This document shows, one piece after another, positions 40,912-52,647 of a stretch of 64,000 nucleotides of DNA. The translations under genes and the position numbers were made by a program. The stretch covers positions 672,001 through 736,000 of the forward strand of contig OY775910.1 of NCBI GenBank assembly GCA_963675245.1. The letters run 5' to 3'. Each line of letters opens with the position of its first letter. The stretch's first letter is position 1. The notes beneath the pieces are model-generated. The model did no database searches, had not been told where the DNA came from, and saw nothing but the letters and a program-made list of their open reading frames with translations. This DNA comes from Acholeplasmataceae bacterium. GTDB taxonomy: Bacteria; Bacillota_I; Bacilli_A; Acholeplasmatales; Acholeplasmataceae.

Positions 40912-41771
40912 TCGCGTCTTTATGTGAGGCAGTGTTGGTCGATACACCGATGCAACCACTTAAAGACATTGAAAGAAGTTTAACAAAAACATATAAAAAA
41001 GACATCTTCGTGCCTTTTGTAAAAACCATCAATCAATACAACTTAGTTGAACCTGGAGATAAGATTGCTGTTGGGGTATCTGGCGGAAAAGACAGTTTAT
41101 TATTAGCTAAACTTTTCCAGGAGTTAAAAAGACACAACAAAATTCCTTTTGATGTTGTCTTTCTTTCTATGGATCCAGGGTTTCATGAACGAAACAGAAA
41201 AATGCTTGAAGAAAACTGTGAAGCTTTAGGGATTCCCCTAGAGATTAGAGAATCTGAAATCTTTCATGTTGCAGGCAAATTAGCAAGCGATAATCCATGT
41301 TACTTATGTGCCAGAATGAGAAGAGGATTCTTATATAATGAAGCATTAACGTTAGGTTGTAATAAACTTGCCTTAGCGCATCATTTTGATGATGTGATTG
41401 AAACCACATTGCTCAATATGTTTTATGAAGGTCAATTCATGACGATGGTACCCAAAGTAAAAGCAAAAAACTTTGAAGGCATCGAATTGATTAGACCGTT
41501 AATGCAAGTCAAAGAAAAAGATATTATCAGATGGGTTAAATATAGTGGCATTCAAGCCATGAATTGTGGGTGCACAGTAGCAGCTAAAAAGACATCATCC
41601 AAAAGAAGAGAAATTAAAAAACTGATTGAGACATTACGAAAAGATAACCCACACGTTGATCAAATGATTTATACAAGTGCAACTAATGTGAATTTAGATG
41701 CGGTACTTGGTTATCGCACGAAAGATGAAAAATTTGATTATAATGATATTTATAAAGAGAGGAGCAAGTAA
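40896..41771 (+). CDS. ttcA: tRNA 2-thiocytidine biosynthesis TtcA-family protein
   Basis: SGGKDS PP-loop, PCYLCARMRRG, HHFDD, CGC. Confidence 0.85.
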   Translation: MEEQLIASLCEAVLVDTPMQPLKDIERSLTKTYKKDIFVPFVKTINQYNLVEPGDKIAVGVSGGKDSLLLAKLFQELKRHNKIPFDVVFLSMDPGFHERNRKMLEENCEALGIPLEIRESEIFHVAGKLASDNPCYLCARMRRGFLYNEALTLGCNKLALAHHFDDVIETTLLNMFYEGQFMTMVPKVKAKNFEGIELIRPLMQVKEKDIIRWVKYSGIQAMNCGCTVAAKKTSSKRREIKKLIETLRKDNPHVDQMIYTSATNVNLDAVLGYRTKDEKFDYNDIYKERSK

Positions 41772-41773
41772 TT

Positions 41774-42304
41774 ATGGCTTATATTAATGACTTGTCACTG
41801 AACTTTGAACAAATAGTATATATGATTTTCGTCCCTATTTTACTAACGTATATTTTCACAGGATTTGTTGGTCTAGAACGCCAGAATGTTGGTAAAGCAG
41901 CTGGTTTATCATCCCATGTTTTAGTTGGAATTGGTTCAGCAGGGATTGCGATTCTTCAACGCCTCATGTTTGAATATCAACTTGCAGAAGGATTTGCTAA
42001 TCCAGAAGGACAACGTATTATTGCTCAAGTAGTTACAGGGATTGGGTTTGTCGGTGCAGGTGCGATATTAAAAGATCGCGCACACATAAGAGGTATCACC
42101 ACTGCAGCAACCCTTTGGTTTTCAGCAATAGTGGGTATTGTTTTGGGTAGTGGTTATTTGATTTTAGGGTCCATATTAGGCATATTTATGGTCTCACTTA
42201 TTATGATCAGAGATATTTCGAGAGGATTCAATCCATTTAAACCACAAGTATTTAATCATAATGATAGGCTAGAACCAACAAGAGATGTCGAAGACGATGA
42301 ATGA
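41774..42304 (+). CDS. MgtC/SapB family membrane protein
   Basis: GLERQ..K.AGL, RIIAQVVTGIGFVGAG, GITTAATLW. Confidence 0.9.
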   Translation: MAYINDLSLNFEQIVYMIFVPILLTYIFTGFVGLERQNVGKAAGLSSHVLVGIGSAGIAILQRLMFEYQLAEGFANPEGQRIIAQVVTGIGFVGAGAILKDRAHIRGITTAATLWFSAIVGIVLGSGYLILGSILGIFMVSLIMIRDISRGFNPFKPQVFNHNDRLEPTRDVEDDE

Positions 42305-43637
42305 TACGATTGCTGCCATCTCCACCGCTTTTGGTACAGCAGGCATTGCTGTGATCAGAATTAGTGGTGATGAAGCAATCAGCGAATTTAATCATATATT
42401 TAAAGGTCGTGATTTAACACAAGTAAAAAGTCACACCGTTTGGTATGGTCATGTTCTTGATGAAGAAGGAAATTATTTAGATGAAGTCATGGTAACCATT
42501 CTAAAAGGACCAAGATCATTTACTGCTGAAGATATGGTGGAGGTTTCCACACATGGCGGTATTTTAATCGTGCAAAAAGTGTTAGAACGCATCTTAACCC
42601 AAAATATCCGTTTAGCCGAACCAGGTGAATTTAGTGAACGTGCATATTTACACGGCAGAATTGATTTAGTAGAAGCTGAATCGATCATGGATTTAATTCA
42701 TGCCAAAAGCGAACAAGCACTAAAGATTGCTAATCTTGGTGTTCAAAAAGAAACATCAAATATGATTAGAAGATTAAGAGATCGCTTGTTATCAATTATT
42801 GCCCAAATTGAGGTTAACATTGATTATCCAGAATATGATGATGCCGTTGTCATGAGCAAGGAAATTATTAAACCAGAAACAGAAGGTCTTATCAAATCAA
42901 TTGATGAAATTATGAGAGAGTCAAAAAAGAATCAAATGATTAGAGAAGGGGTTAAAACGGCCATTATCGGTAGACCAAATGTTGGCAAGAGTAGTTTATT
43001 AAACGCGCTTTTAGATGAAGAAAAAGCAATCGTTACAGATATTGAAGGTACCACCAGAGACACAATTGAAGCACAGGTTAACGTACGTGGGGTAACACTT
43101 ATTTTAGTAGATACAGCGGGCATTAGAGAAACACAAGACAAGGTTGAAAAAATGGGTGTTGATCGCTCTAAAAAAGCGATTGAAGAGGCAGAACTTATTT
43201 TACTCGTATTAGATCAAAGTAAAGCACTTACCGATGAAGATAAAGAGCTTCTGAAATTAACAGAGAATAAAAGAAGACTCATTATCGGCAACAAATCAGA
43301 TTTGCCAAGTTCACTACATATTGAATCAATCCCAGTGTCAGCCCTCAATAAATCTGGGTTATCTCAATTAGAAGAAGCGATACTTGAAACATTATCTTTA
43401 TCAGATATTGAATCAAGAAACTATAACTATTTATCAAATGTAAGACATATCATGAAAGTGAAAGAAGCAAAAGAATCGCTTCTGAATGTCCTCGTTTCAA
43501 TTGAACAGAATATGCCAGTTGACGTCTACGCAATCGATTTAACACAAGCGTGGAAATCGTTAGGTGAAATATTGGGGGAATATTACCAAAATGATTTATT
43601 GAATGAATTATTCAGTAAATTTTGTTTGGGAAAATAA
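42297..43637 (+). CDS. mnmE: tRNA modification GTPase MnmE
   Basis: DTIAAISTA, GRPNVGKSS, GTTRD, DTAGIR, C-terminal FCLGK. Confidence 0.97.
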   Translation: MNDTIAAISTAFGTAGIAVIRISGDEAISEFNHIFKGRDLTQVKSHTVWYGHVLDEEGNYLDEVMVTILKGPRSFTAEDMVEVSTHGGILIVQKVLERILTQNIRLAEPGEFSERAYLHGRIDLVEAESIMDLIHAKSEQALKIANLGVQKETSNMIRRLRDRLLSIIAQIEVNIDYPEYDDAVVMSKEIIKPETEGLIKSIDEIMRESKKNQMIREGVKTAIIGRPNVGKSSLLNALLDEEKAIVTDIEGTTRDTIEAQVNVRGVTLILVDTAGIRETQDKVEKMGVDRSKKAIEEAELILLVLDQSKALTDEDKELLKLTENKRRLIIGNKSDLPSSLHIESIPVSALNKSGLSQLEEAILETLSLSDIESRNYNYLSNVRHIMKVKEAKESLLNVLVSIEQNMPVDVYAIDLTQAWKSLGEILGEYYQNDLLNELFSKFCLGK

Positions 43638-43710
43638 CCTTATATGACACTAAAATATTTAGTGTATACATGATATAATAAAGTGAAATAAGAAAGGGAG
43701 GATGTTGTAT

Positions 43711-45357
43711 ATGGCATATGTCGCATTATATCGAACATATCGACCGAAATCATTTGATGAAGTAGCCGGACAAAAAGTGATCATAAAAACACTACAAAAT
43801 GCCATTGTTCACGACAAAATCCAGCATGCGTATTTATTTTCAGGACCAAGAGGTACTGGAAAAACATCAATTGCAAAAATATTTGCTAAATCGGTCAACT
43901 GCTTAAACCCTCAACATGGATCACCTTGTAATCAATGTGATGTGTGTGTTGGTATAGATAAAGGAGATATCGCTGATGTCATTGAAATCGATGCTGCATC
44001 AAATAACGGTGTCGATGAAATTAGAGACTTAAGAGACAAAGTTAAATATATGCCATCAGTAGGTAAATTTAAAGTGTACATCATCGATGAAGTGCACATG
44101 TTAACCACAGGGGCATTTAACGCGTTATTAAAAACACTTGAAGAACCACCTAAACACGTTATTTTCATTTTAGCAACCACGGAGGTTCACAAAGTACCAC
44201 CTACGATTCTTTCAAGATGTCAACGATTCGATTTTAAAAACATCGAAACGAAAGATATGGTTGAAAAATTAAATGAGATTATTGAGAAAGAACAAATCGC
44301 AATAGATCCAGAAGCGGTGCAAGCAATTGCTGAAAATGCTGAAGGTGGATTACGTGACGCAATTAGTTTATTAGACCAAGCGATTTCTTATGCTGAGAGC
44401 AACATCACTGAAGAAGATGTTCACCAGGTATCTGGCTCAGTGTCAAAAACATCACTTACAAAAATTCTACAAGCGATCTCAAGTAAAGAAATAACAAACG
44501 CGATTATTATTTTGAAAGACTTAATTGCAGAAGGTAAAGAAATTAGTCGTATTGTCACAGACTTGATCTTAGCCCTTCGAGATATTTTATTAGAAAAGAC
44601 AACAACTGTTGAAATGCCTAAGTATGAAGAGTTCGCATCAACTTTGGCAACGGAAAAAATATATTTTTATTTAGAAGTTTTGAATGAACTTCAACAAGAC
44701 ATGAAATGGACTCATCAAAAGCGTGCTTATGTTGAATTAGCACTCATTAAGATGATGGACCATCAAACATTACAAACGATTGATTATGCTGGTGTGATTG
44801 AAGGCCTTAAAAATGACATTCATGAATTAAAAGAAAAAATAGATGCAGCACCAGTACGTGTAACCGAATCAAAGAAGAAAGATGCTTTAGTCACAATTAA
44901 AGACGTTGAAAAGATTTTAAATCAAGGCGATAAAGCAAAGAAAGAATTACTGTTATCGGCGTGGGATAGATTGAAAGATTATCCAAAAGCTGATTTGAAG
45001 ATGGCAGCCTACCTTCTCTATCAAGGAGAATTAGAAGCTGTATCAGATAAAATGCTACTTGTTTATGATGATATATCGATTTGTAAAAAACTTTATGACG
45101 AAACCGTTATGGCACAAATTCTATCGATTATGAATGCGAAATCACAACTCATAGATGGCTATGTGGCGATTTTAAAATCAGACTGGTTAGTTCTAAAAAA
45201 ACTATATATTGAACAACACGCAAAAGGCATTAAAAAGCCAAAGTTTGGACCTTACGATTTAAAACTATATAAAGAACCTGAAATGCTTAAGAAAGATGCA
45301 GAGATTATTAATCTCGCAAAAGAATATTTTGGTGACCTAGTCACTGTTAAGGAGTAA
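43711..45357 (+). CDS. dnaX: DNA polymerase III gamma/tau
   Basis: LYRTYRP, GPRGTGKT, EIDAASN, IIDEVHML, SRC. Confidence 0.97.
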   Translation: MAYVALYRTYRPKSFDEVAGQKVIIKTLQNAIVHDKIQHAYLFSGPRGTGKTSIAKIFAKSVNCLNPQHGSPCNQCDVCVGIDKGDIADVIEIDAASNNGVDEIRDLRDKVKYMPSVGKFKVYIIDEVHMLTTGAFNALLKTLEEPPKHVIFILATTEVHKVPPTILSRCQRFDFKNIETKDMVEKLNEIIEKEQIAIDPEAVQAIAENAEGGLRDAISLLDQAISYAESNITEEDVHQVSGSVSKTSLTKILQAISSKEITNAIIILKDLIAEGKEISRIVTDLILALRDILLEKTTTVEMPKYEEFASTLATEKIYFYLEVLNELQQDMKWTHQKRAYVELALIKMMDHQTLQTIDYAGVIEGLKNDIHELKEKIDAAPVRVTESKKKDALVTIKDVEKILNQGDKAKKELLLSAWDRLKDYPKADLKMAAYLLYQGELEAVSDKMLLVYDDISICKKLYDETVMAQILSIMNAKSQLIDGYVAILKSDWLVLKKLYIEQHAKGIKKPKFGPYDLKLYKEPEMLKKDAEIINLAKEYFGDLVTVKE

Positions 45358-45361
45358 AGAT

Positions 45362-45652
45362 ATGAATCCAAACATGATTAATAAACTTAAAAAAATACAA
45401 AAACAAATGATGGAAGCGCAAGAAGCACTCGAAAGTAAAGAGTTTTTCGGACGTGCAAGCGGCGTTACAGTGATTATGCAAGGATCACGCCAAGTGATTG
45501 ATGTTCAAATTAATCCTGACATTATTGAAGAAGTTGAATTGCTACAAGACGCTGTGTTACTCGCAACCAATGACGCATTAAAACAAATTGAAAAAGAACA
45601 AGAAGAAACTATGGGTCAATTTACTGGTGGTATGGGAGGATTTGGATTTTAA
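45362..45652 (+). CDS. Nucleoid-associated protein YbaB/EbfC
   Basis: Located between dnaX and recR; typical Met/Gln-rich N-terminus and LQDAVLLATNDA. Confidence 0.9.
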   Translation: MNPNMINKLKKIQKQMMEAQEALESKEFFGRASGVTVIMQGSRQVIDVQINPDIIEEVELLQDAVLLATNDALKQIEKEQEETMGQFTGGMGGFGF

Positions 45653-46242
45653 TGTATCCAATCAGTTTAAAACGTATTATTGAAGATTTCCAAAAACTAC
45701 CTGGCATAGGTGAAAAAACAGCTGAAAGATTAGCGCTTCATCTCGTTACACAATTTAATGATGAAGATATCGCTGATTTTTCCAAACACTTAAGCGATTT
45801 AAAAGACGCCATTCATCCATGCCCAATTTGTGGCATGTTAACTGATCAAAAAACATGTCAAATTTGCCAAGACGAATCAAGAGATGATCAAACGATTATG
45901 GTTGTCGCAGACCCTAAAGATGTATTTGTGATGGAAAAAATGGCAACTTATCGCGGTAAATATCATGTATTAGGTGGTCTCATTGATTTTTCAAGAGGCA
46001 TCACAGACAAAGAATTAAATATTGAAGGTCTAGAACAAAGAATAGCACGCACAAAAGAAATCATTCTAGCAACGAACGGCACAGTAGAAGGCGAAATGAC
46101 AGCTAAATTCATCAAAGCTTTCTTTGCAGACAAAGACATTATGGTAACAAGATTAGCCTCTGGTTTACCAGTTGGTGCTGATTTAAGATATGCAGACGAT
46201 TTAACTTTAAGTAAGGCTGTAGAAAATAGGTTGAAATACTAG
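45652..46242 (+). CDS. recR: Recombination mediator RecR
   Basis: LPGIGEKTAERL, C4 zinc finger, YHVLGG, EGEMTA. Confidence 0.96.
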   Translation: MYPISLKRIIEDFQKLPGIGEKTAERLALHLVTQFNDEDIADFSKHLSDLKDAIHPCPICGMLTDQKTCQICQDESRDDQTIMVVADPKDVFVMEKMATYRGKYHVLGGLIDFSRGITDKELNIEGLEQRIARTKEIILATNGTVEGEMTAKFIKAFFADKDIMVTRLASGLPVGADLRYADDLTLSKAVENRLKY

Positions 46243-46253
46243 GAGGAACCAAT

Positions 46254-46526
46254 ATGTGGGAAGCTATTAGCAATTTTTTTGTCAATATTTATGGTAGTGT
46301 CAATGAATGGATAAAAAGCGTTTTTCAATTTGATCAAATTTTTATGGATTTATATAATCAATTTATTGTCCCTCTTCCAGAACTCATTAAGATTCTCGGT
46401 GCTGGGTTATTAGTAATTATTATCATCTTAGGTGTGATTAGTTTTGTGAAGAAAATGCTGAAGTTATTTATCGTAATTGCAGTCATTTTAGCCATTGTTT
46501 TCCTAGTCACGCAATTAACATCATAA
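46254..46526 (+). CDS. Small hypothetical membrane protein
   Basis: AGGAGG RBS; two hydrophobic helices. Confidence 0.7.
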   Translation: MWEAISNFFVNIYGSVNEWIKSVFQFDQIFMDLYNQFIVPLPELIKILGAGLLVIIIILGVISFVKKMLKLFIVIAVILAIVFLVTQLTS

Positions 46527-46586
46527 AAACACTTGCAAAATGGTCGCTAATCGTTTACAATAGATTACGATTTCTAGGAGGCAAAA

Positions 46587-47183
46587 ATGAAGGATAACCT
46601 AAAAGACTTAGCAATGCTTGATATTGCTGAAGCGCTATTGAAAGAAAATGGAAAACCAATGTCAATTAATGACTTGATTGATAAAGTCGCTCAAATCAAA
46701 GGCATTGATCAAGAAGATTATGATAAATTCACACAACTCTATATGGACATTACTCAAAGTGCAAAATTTGTTTATAGCGGTAATGATGAATGGGATTTAA
46801 AAGAAAGAAACTTAGAGCTGTGGGATAAAGACGGCTATGCTTTTGTTACACCTGAAGAAATAGAAGAGGCTGAAGAAGAAGAGGAAGATCTTGAGTTTAC
46901 AGAATTCGTTCTTGAAGAAAAAGAAGAAGAAGACGAACATGAAGATGAAGAAGATGAAATCGACGAAGACGAAGACGACATAGACGAAGAAGCAAGAAAG
47001 AAAAAAGCTGAAGAAGAGCAAGAACGTAAAGAAGAAGAAGCTTATATTGAAGTTGAACTCGATATTAAATCAACTGATGATGACGACGTTGATGATGACA
47101 TTGATCTTGAATTTGATGAATACGATGAAGACGACTACAATGAAATCATGGACGATTATGAAGATATGTATGATGATGACTGA
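46587..47183 (+). CDS. rpoE: RNA polymerase delta subunit
   Basis: MLDIA..LL, LYMDI..F...G.EWDLK, long acidic tail; located near pyrG. Confidence 0.88.
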   Translation: MKDNLKDLAMLDIAEALLKENGKPMSINDLIDKVAQIKGIDQEDYDKFTQLYMDITQSAKFVYSGNDEWDLKERNLELWDKDGYAFVTPEEIEEAEEEEEDLEFTEFVLEEKEEEDEHEDEEDEIDEDEDDIDEEARKKKAEEEQERKEEEAYIEVELDIKSTDDDDVDDDIDLEFDEYDEDDYNEIMDDYEDMYDDD

Positions 47184-47285
47184 TTCATCATCACACGTCT
47201 AAACAGGAAGAAGACACTGTGTCTAATTGGGACGGTGTTTTTTCTTTTTCATGTTATAATAATGATAATTTTAGGAGGCTATATC

Positions 47286-48671
47286 ATGAATGAAAACCTA
47301 TCAATAATGGAACTACAAAAGCGTATGAATCATGCAGAATTAACATCTGTAGAGATTGTTCATTTTTATCTTGATAGAATAAAAACCATCGATAAAAGTT
47401 ATAATGCTGTCTATATGGTTAATCCTGATGCCCTTGATATGGCAATAAAATGTGATGAAGAGCGCAAAAAAGGTAAAGTGCGATCTTTGATGCACGGGAT
47501 ACCCGTTTTATTAAAAGATAATATTAATACCGCTGGCAAACAAACAACAACCGCTGGCACGACGATCTTAAAAGACCATTACGCATTAGAAGACGCGACA
47601 CTTGTTAAGACACTTAAAAAAAGTGGTGCAGTTATTTTAGGTAAAACAAATCTAACCGAACTTGCTTGTTTTAAAACATTTACAGGTATCAATGGTTTCT
47701 CAAGTCTGGGGGGTCAAGTGATTTTCCCTTGGGATATCAAAGAAGATCCGAGCGGTAGTTCAACGGGTAGTGCAGTAGCTGTCGCGTTACGCTTAGCACC
47801 GGTTTCAGTGGGTACAGAAACAGGAGGTAGTATAATGTCACCTGCCATGAGAAATGGTGTTGTTGGATTAAAACCAACCATAGGATTAGTGCCTAGAACG
47901 GGGATTCTACCTATTTCACACACGCTTGACACAGCTGGACCTATGGCGAACAAAGTAAGTGATTTAGCCGTTTTATTATCAAGTATGAGAAGTAATGACC
48001 CTAGAGATGTTGTCACTATGGAGAAAAGCGATAAGAATATAGACTACACTGACTTTTTGTCAACAAACAACGTCAAGCGCATTGGATTAGTTAGAACGAG
48101 CATTTATCCAATACCTGAAGGTAGAGAAGATATATTTCAAAAAATGTGTGAACACTTAGCTGATTTAGGGTTTGAACTCGTTGAAGTTGACGTGCCAGAA
48201 GTAGAAAAGATTTACCCCATTATGAAATATGAATTTAAACATGATTTAAATCTATATCTAAAGACAGAACATACAAATATAACGTTAGCAGATATCATTA
48301 AACATAATAGTCAACACCCTGAAGAAAATTTAAAATATGGTCAAGCTGTATTAGTTGAAACACAAGAACAAACTTCTGGACACATGGATGAAGAAGAGTA
48401 TTTAGATGCATTAGACGAAAGACAAGATATTAAATCTAAGATTAATGACATTTTCAAAAAACAAAATCTAGATATGCTCTACTTCGTGAGTTATACAAGT
48501 ATCGGTCCTGAATGTGGATTTCCAACATTATCATTACCCGTTGGATTTGATCATATGGGATATCCGTTTGGCACCTATTTTCTAGCACCGTATTGGCAAG
48601 AAGGAAATTTAATAGAGGTTGCTAATAAATTAGAAAAACGTCTTAATTTAACTGTAAATCCTTTAAAGTAA
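47286..48671 (+). CDS. Amidase-signature family protein
   Basis: LKDN, GKTNLTE, PSGSSTGS, GTETGGSIMSPA. Start at 47286 (AGGAGG RBS). Confidence 0.9.
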   Translation: MNENLSIMELQKRMNHAELTSVEIVHFYLDRIKTIDKSYNAVYMVNPDALDMAIKCDEERKKGKVRSLMHGIPVLLKDNINTAGKQTTTAGTTILKDHYALEDATLVKTLKKSGAVILGKTNLTELACFKTFTGINGFSSLGGQVIFPWDIKEDPSGSSTGSAVAVALRLAPVSVGTETGGSIMSPAMRNGVVGLKPTIGLVPRTGILPISHTLDTAGPMANKVSDLAVLLSSMRSNDPRDVVTMEKSDKNIDYTDFLSTNNVKRIGLVRTSIYPIPEGREDIFQKMCEHLADLGFELVEVDVPEVEKIYPIMKYEFKHDLNLYLKTEHTNITLADIIKHNSQHPEENLKYGQAVLVETQEQTSGHMDEEEYLDALDERQDIKSKINDIFKKQNLDMLYFVSYTSIGPECGFPTLSLPVGFDHMGYPFGTYFLAPYWQEGNLIEVANKLEKRLNLTVNPLK

Positions 48672-48741
48672 AGATAAGGTGTTTATCGAAAACACCTTAT
48701 CTTCTTTTTTTGATACAATAGGTATGGAAGGAGTTGGTCTT

Positions 48742-49356
48742 ATGTGGTATGAATGGTTAGGATATGCAGCATCATTAATCGTATTAGTGTCGTTAGTGAT
48801 GAGTTCTGTCAAAAGATTACGTTGGATAAATTTAGCAGGTTCATTGGTGTTTGCTGCTTACGGTATTTTAATTGAAAGTTATCCAGTAGCCATTATGAAT
48901 TTTGGTATTGTTTTGGTTAACACGTATTACCTTTATAATATCTATCATCAAAAGGATGCTTTAAAGGTAGTCCCAATTCAATCAGATGTGGCATACTTAG
49001 AAATATTTGTGAATCAATATTTAAATGATATGAAAAAATTTATGGCAACCGATACAGAGGTCTTATATCAAAAAGATTATACAAAGTTCTTTGTTACAAG
49101 AAATACAGTACCAGCGGGTTTATTTGTGGGTAAAAAAAATAATGATCAACTTGATGTTTTAATTGATTATACAACACCGGCGTATAGAGACTTTAAGATA
49201 GGTAATTTTATCTATGAAACAAATAAAAATAAGTTTGAAGAAATGGGTATAAAAAAGCTCGTAAGTGAAAAAGGAACACCTAAACACCAGAGTTATTTAG
49301 AACGTATGGGATTCGTATTAAATAAAGAAACAGACATGATGGAAAAATCGTTGTAG
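48742..49356 (+). CDS. YgjV-like membrane domain fused to GNAT-like C-terminal domain
   Basis: LRWINLAGS..YG TM region; DYTTPAYRDFKIG...YLERMGF. Confidence 0.6.
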   Translation: MWYEWLGYAASLIVLVSLVMSSVKRLRWINLAGSLVFAAYGILIESYPVAIMNFGIVLVNTYYLYNIYHQKDALKVVPIQSDVAYLEIFVNQYLNDMKKFMATDTEVLYQKDYTKFFVTRNTVPAGLFVGKKNNDQLDVLIDYTTPAYRDFKIGNFIYETNKNKFEEMGIKKLVSEKGTPKHQSYLERMGFVLNKETDMMEKSL

Positions 49357-49373
49357 TTTTTGCAATTTCGTTA

Positions 49374-49450
49374 TTGCTAGGTATAAGTGATTTTGATATA
49401 ATGATTAAGAGCACGCTATCGGCCTCTTCTGAAAGAGGCCATTATTTTTT
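49374..49450 (+). promoter_or_regulatory. pyrG promoter and leader terminator (attenuator)
   Basis: TTGCTA-17 nt-TATAAT, then GGCCTCTT/AAGAGGCC hairpin followed by ATTATTTTTT upstream of the RBS. Confidence 0.65.
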
Positions 49451-49463
49451 AAAAAGCGTATAA

Positions 49464-51080
<1,617 letters not shown>

Positions 51081-51159
51081 CCCATAATCGCACTTTATTC
51101 GTTGATATAAAAGTCGTTTAGGGGTATAATAAAAATGATATTTTTCAAGGAGGAAAACT

Positions 51160-52023
51160 ATGTTAGTATCAGCAAAAGAAATGCTTGAAAAAGCACATAA
51201 AGAAGGATATGGTGTTGCACAAATCAACATTAATAACCTTGAATGGACAAAAGCAGTCCTAGAAGTAGTAAAAGAATTAAAATCACCAGTTATTTTAGGC
51301 GTATCAGAAGGTGCTTCAAAATACATGGGCGGTTTTGAAACAGTTGTAGCCATGGTGAAAGCTTTAGATAAACACTATGATATCAAAGAACCAGTCGCTA
51401 TTCATTTAGACCACGGTACATATGAAGGTGCATTTAAGGCGTTAGAAGCAGGATATACATCAATTATGTTTGATGGTTCACATTATCCATTTGAAGAAAA
51501 TTTAGAAAAGACAAAAGAAGTCGTTGCTGCTTGCCATGCTAAAGGCGTATCAGTTGAAGCAGAAGTTGGTTCAATTGGTGGTGAAGAAGACGGCGTCATC
51601 GGTTTAGGTGAAGTTGCAGATCCTGAAGAATGCCGACAAATCGCTGCAACAGGTGTTGATATGTTTGCTGCGGGTATTGGTAATATTCACGGTGCATATC
51701 CAGAAAACTGGCCAGGTCTTCGTTTTGATGTTTTAGAAAATGTAAAAAATGCGACAGGCGATATTCCACTAGTACTTCATGGAGGTACAGGTATTCCAGC
51801 TGAAATGGTTCAAAAAGCTATTTCATTAGGCGTTTCAAAAGTAAACGTAAATACTGAATTACAATGGGCTTTTGCAGAAGCAACTCGTAAATACATTGAA
51901 GCAGGCAAAGACAAAGTTGGTAAAGGTTTTGATCCAAGAAAACTATTAGCTCCTGGTACAGAAGCTGCTAAACAAGTCGTTAGAGACAAGTTTGCTATGT
52001 TTGGATCAGTTGGTAAAGCTTAA
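51160..52023 (+). CDS. fba: Class II fructose-1,6-bisphosphate aldolase
   Basis: HLDHG, MFDGSH, GNIHG, VLHGGTG, KVNVNTE. Confidence 0.97.
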   Translation: MLVSAKEMLEKAHKEGYGVAQININNLEWTKAVLEVVKELKSPVILGVSEGASKYMGGFETVVAMVKALDKHYDIKEPVAIHLDHGTYEGAFKALEAGYTSIMFDGSHYPFEENLEKTKEVVAACHAKGVSVEAEVGSIGGEEDGVIGLGEVADPEECRQIAATGVDMFAAGIGNIHGAYPENWPGLRFDVLENVKNATGDIPLVLHGGTGIPAEMVQKAISLGVSKVNVNTELQWAFAEATRKYIEAGKDKVGKGFDPRKLLAPGTEAAKQVVRDKFAMFGSVGKA

Positions 52024-52026
52024 GTT

Positions 52027-52584
52027 ATGCCAACACGTGATGAGTCGATTTATCACGAGTACGCCAATTGGAAACTAGAATATCACGATTTAATTCAATA
52101 CCTAAAAGAAAACGACTCGGATTTAATCATTCGCTTTAGACATGTATTTGATGTCACAGACTTTCTATATGAAAAACTGATTGATGATCCTACATTTTCA
52201 GATGAGGAAAATCAAATCTTTGAGACTGGCTTTTATTACATCTTTGACCAAATAGATAAAATTAACGATTTACTTATGGAATCATATGATGGAAAAGTGG
52301 ATGTCCTTGAGAAACGTGCAAAAGATGTTAATTTATTATTAAACACGATTGACTTTCAAAATGAATTACTCAGCTCTGATGGGTATAAACAAAAAGATCT
52401 TGATGAATTAACAAAGTTAGAAGTGAAAATTGAGTCTCAGTTAAAAGATCATGAAGATATTTCAAGTGAATTATTTGATAGACTTGATCAATTAAGCTAT
52501 AGAATTTTTCATGATATGGGTATTGATTTTTATCCAATTAATGATATTTTCTTTGAAATTGCTGATGAATTGGGTATCTTATAA
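52027..52584 (+). CDS. Hypothetical acidic cytoplasmic protein
   Basis: 185-aa ORF starting 3 nt after the fba stop; followed by a hairpin at 52581-52607. Confidence 0.75.
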   Translation: MPTRDESIYHEYANWKLEYHDLIQYLKENDSDLIIRFRHVFDVTDFLYEKLIDDPTFSDEENQIFETGFYYIFDQIDKINDLLMESYDGKVDVLEKRAKDVNLLLNTIDFQNELLSSDGYKQKDLDELTKLEVKIESQLKDHEDISSELFDRLDQLSYRIFHDMGIDFYPINDIFFEIADELGIL

Positions 52585-52647
52585 GGCTCTCCTTTGAGAG
52601 CCTTTATGCTATAATTAATTTAACATAATCGTTAAAGGGAGGATATA

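Noticed and set aside
43638..43710. Possible SRP RNA upstream of dnaX, as in Bacillus
   Set aside because: The spacer is too short and AT-rich, with no SRP domain IV motif.
46850..47183. GAA/GAT/GAC low-complexity repeats
   Set aside because: They encode the normal acidic tail of RNA polymerase delta; not a repeat array.
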